The notes beneath the pieces were generated by a model. The model was not told where the DNA came from. It searched no databases and saw only the letters and a list, made by a program, of their open reading frames with translations. From Octopus sinensis (lineage: Eukaryota), in assembly GCF_006345805.1 (NCBI RefSeq), contig NW_021828175.1, positions 1 to 9,056 on the forward strand: 9,056 nucleotides of DNA, written 5' to 3'. Within the stretch, counting starts at the first letter, position 1. Each line of letters begins with the position of its first letter. Made by a program: the position numbers and the translations under genes. Shown piece after piece: positions 6,809 through 9,056 of this stretch.

Positions 6809-7244
6809 AATAATATATCTTAATATATATTCTCCGATATAAAGCGACGTTTTTTTAAATATAAATGAATGACTAAAAAAAGTCGAGCCAGTATCGAACC
6901 CACATATCAACGCTTCTACGGCTCCATGCGCATCCGATTGGTGTATTCCTTATTTAAGATTGTGAATATCTTCTTGGATGACATCATTGAATGTATCCTT
7001 CTTTTAAAGTAAGGCGTGATTCGAAAAATATTTGACTGGTATTTCTGCCGAGTCTGCACATCGTGTAAAAGTGCCATGGACAACATGCAGCCCGCATGAG
7101 TAACTGAGTAATTGAGTGGCACGCCTAATGGAAAAATTACCTTGAATTTTTTCTCTATGTTTTTAGTAGAGCGATCTACGTGAAGATGAGTCACGTCTCA
7201 TGCGGCATGCTTCTCGAAAAGAATTGTGCATGCTTGATATAGAC

Positions 7245-7426
7245 CAGTGCTCCGCAAGTGGTATGCCGCGGCACACTGGTGGGGCACGAGACGATGCTAG
7301 GTGTGCTTCAGTGTAATCTGCATATAATTTAGTGCCCTATACTTTTAGTTATAACTTTAGTTCAGATGTGCCCAATTTTGAAAAGAATATAAGGGTAGCG
7401 CAAATGAAAAAGGTTCTAGAGCACTG
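7245..7426. mobile_element. 182-bp hAT-superfamily MITE (Buster/Charlie-like)
   Basis: Terminal inverted repeats CAGTGCTC...GAGCACTG and a perfect 8-bp TSD ATATAGAC at 7237-7244 and 7427-7434, with the central TA typical of Buster-type hATs. Subterminal TGCCGCGGCACACTGGTG. Confidence 0.9.
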
Positions 7427-7444
7427 ATATAGACTATCCCTAAT

Positions 7445-7541
7445 TTACACACACACGCACACATACACACACACCACACACATACGCACACACAACACAC
7501 ACACTCACGGACACATACACACATGTACACATATATACATA
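7445..7541. repeat. Degenerate (CA)n microsatellite
   Basis: Directly visible. It separates the two MITEs. Confidence 0.9.
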
Positions 7542-7757
7542 CAAGGCGGGTGTGCTGAAAAGTTCCTGGCTTTAAGATTATCGCGAAGGGCCTGGTTGGA
7601 GGTCCAACCTTCTGAGCTCTCTTACAGGGATTAGAAAAACTGAGAGACCGCTGCAATAAGTATGCGAATCCGGGAGGGGAATACTTTGAATAAAACCTTA
7701 ACTGATCTTCCAGTATTTTCTTTTACCCAAGGCCAAGAACCTTTCGGCATTCCCTCG
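7542..7757 (+). mobile_element. 216-bp mariner-derived MITE (internal deletion derivative)
   Basis: Flanked by TA at 7540-7541 and 7758-7759. TIR cores TGCTGAAAAGTTCCTGGCTTT and (reverse complement) TGCCGAAAGGTTCTTGGCCTT match at 17/21. 7622-7693 encodes LQGLEKLRDRCNKYANPGGEYFE*, matching the mariner transposase C-terminal pattern G-x-x-KL-x-x-RW-x-KC...G-x-Y-x-E*. Confidence 0.88.
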
Positions 7758-8184
7758 TATAAGGCATTTGGCTGTAATTCAAAGAAGATAACCAAACCTA
7801 ATCGCTCTTTTTTGGGGGCTCTAATGAAGCCATGTTGGAGTGGATATTTTTGTTACTGTTAATCCTAGCTTAATTCTGATCGTGGTTATATAATCAAGGG
7901 CTTTCCAGCCGTGGATGTCCCATTGTTTTATGTGTTTAAAGGACTACTTTAGCAAATGTAAGCTCCAAATATTTGATATTGTCGGGTGTGATCTAAAGAA
8001 TTCGTTGCTATTTCTAGTACTTTTAGTGACCTTGTATAGTCTCGCCGGCTCCTTCATTGGCTCTCTGGAACCAAACAGACCGACGTGATGCAGCTTATGG
8101 GTACAGGAGACCAATTGTGAATAGATCATAGAATACAACATCATAGTTGAAGTAAAGTGAACATCTGCGATTCTTTTTAAATGT

Positions 8185-8369
8185 ACCACCACCGCCGCCG
8201 CCGCCACCGCCACCGCCACCACCACCGCCGCCACCGCCGCAACCACCACCGCCGCCGCCGCCGCGCAGCCACCGAAACCACCGCCGCCGCCGCCACCGCC
8301 ACCACCACCGCCACCCCACCGCCACCACCACCGCCACCACCGCCGCTACCACCACCACCAACACCACCA
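8185..8369. repeat. GC-rich degenerate (CCA/CCG)n trinucleotide tract
   Basis: Directly visible, with phase slips. It generates the poly-H/R/A/T/P and poly-G/V ORFs of the track. Confidence 0.92.
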
Positions 8370-8482
8370 GATTAGTTCGTTTAGCACAGAAGGAATTCAA
8401 ATGTGGTTGCCTTGGCAACAGTCGAGGGAACCGTACAGTCTATTCAAAAGCCATATTTTTGTTCTTGCACTTTTGCCGTTAG

Positions 8483-8695
8483 TCGGAGTGGGGGGAGAGT
8501 AGTAGTGGTGGAAGCGGTAGTAGTGATGATGTTAGTTGTGGTGGTGGTGTTGGTGGTGTTGGTGGAAGGGGTCCCGGTTTTGTTGTTAACGACGGTAGGG
8601 GTGGTGTTGATATCGATGTTGATGTTGATGATGATGATGCTAGTGGTTTTGATGATGGTGGAGGTGCTGGTGGAGTTGGTGGTTGGTGCTTGTTA
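8483..8695. repeat. Cryptic (GGT/GAT/AGT/GTT)n low-complexity tract
   Basis: Directly visible 3-nt periodicity of G/T-rich units. Confidence 0.8.
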
Positions 8696-8904
8696 GTAAT
8701 GGCAGTGGTATACTATGTCTTGCCTTCGCTGAAACTGGTTCAATCGAAGTTCAGTACTTCCATGTGTAGTACTCAATACTTTAGGAATCGAAACGATACC
8801 AGTGTGAACTATAGTTATATTCGAAAGCGAAAGCGATATAAAGCGCAACGTGATCAGCGATATATAACAATAACCGATTGTTTGGCCGATTAAGTGATCA
8901 TGTG

Positions 8905-9056
8905 ATACATGTATACACACCGCAGAACACACTGCTCCCACTTCCTATACATACACGTACACGTAACACACAAACGCGAGCGTGCACAAACTATAGATAT
9001 ATACGCAAACCCACAATACATACACACAATACCCTCACGTACGCGTTCTCTCTCAT
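8905..9056. repeat. Degenerate CA/TA/CG-rich simple sequence
   Basis: ACAC/ATAC/ACGC units run to the end of the window. Confidence 0.65.

Noticed and set aside
6916-7194. 92-aa minus-strand ORF
   Set aside because: GTG start just after a stop, no recognisable domain, and no supporting splice structure.
8372-8405. LVRLAQKEFK resembling the KLAQKEYK motif that follows the R4-type LINE zinc finger
   Set aside because: Only about 7 residues match and the flanks show no LINE similarity. Probably chance.
7944-8418. Minus-strand ORFs 7944-8249 and 8095-8418, and short + strand frames in 7900-8130
   Set aside because: Their length comes from the GGT/GGC tract. The unique parts show no motif I recognise and splice signals are weak.
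8820-8870. Short AAAGCG(A) reiterations
   Set aside because: Only 3-4 imperfect units with no regular spacing. Not a CRISPR-like or defined tandem array.
1-9056. CRISPR array, operon or prokaryotic defence system
   Set aside because: No regularly spaced direct repeats with unique spacers and no gene-dense organisation. The sequence is repeat-rich animal-type DNA.

Overview
AT-rich eukaryotic DNA dominated by repeats, with no complete protein-coding gene, RNA gene, CRISPR array or prokaryotic signal. The SINE sequences resemble families I recall from Octopus genomes; that assignment is from memory, not a database search. The window holds at least three tRNA-derived SINE families, two of them present as two homologous copies in opposite orientation. 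It also holds a degraded R4/Dong-like non-LTR retrotransposon ORF fragment abutting an (AAT)6 tract, a 182-bp hAT-type MITE with a perfect 8-bp target-site duplication, a 216-bp mariner-derived MITE retaining the transposase C-terminus, and many long simple or compound microsatellites. Most ORFs in the supplied track are microsatellite artefacts. Only 4829-5095 and part of 4439-4663 carry recognisable (LINE) protein sequence. A few candidate exons have good splice signals but no identifiable product. I found no convincing novel biological system. The most interesting items are apparent stacked retroelement insertion at TAA/AAT repeats, a nested inverted arrangement of SINEs, and several non-B-DNA or fold-back structures.
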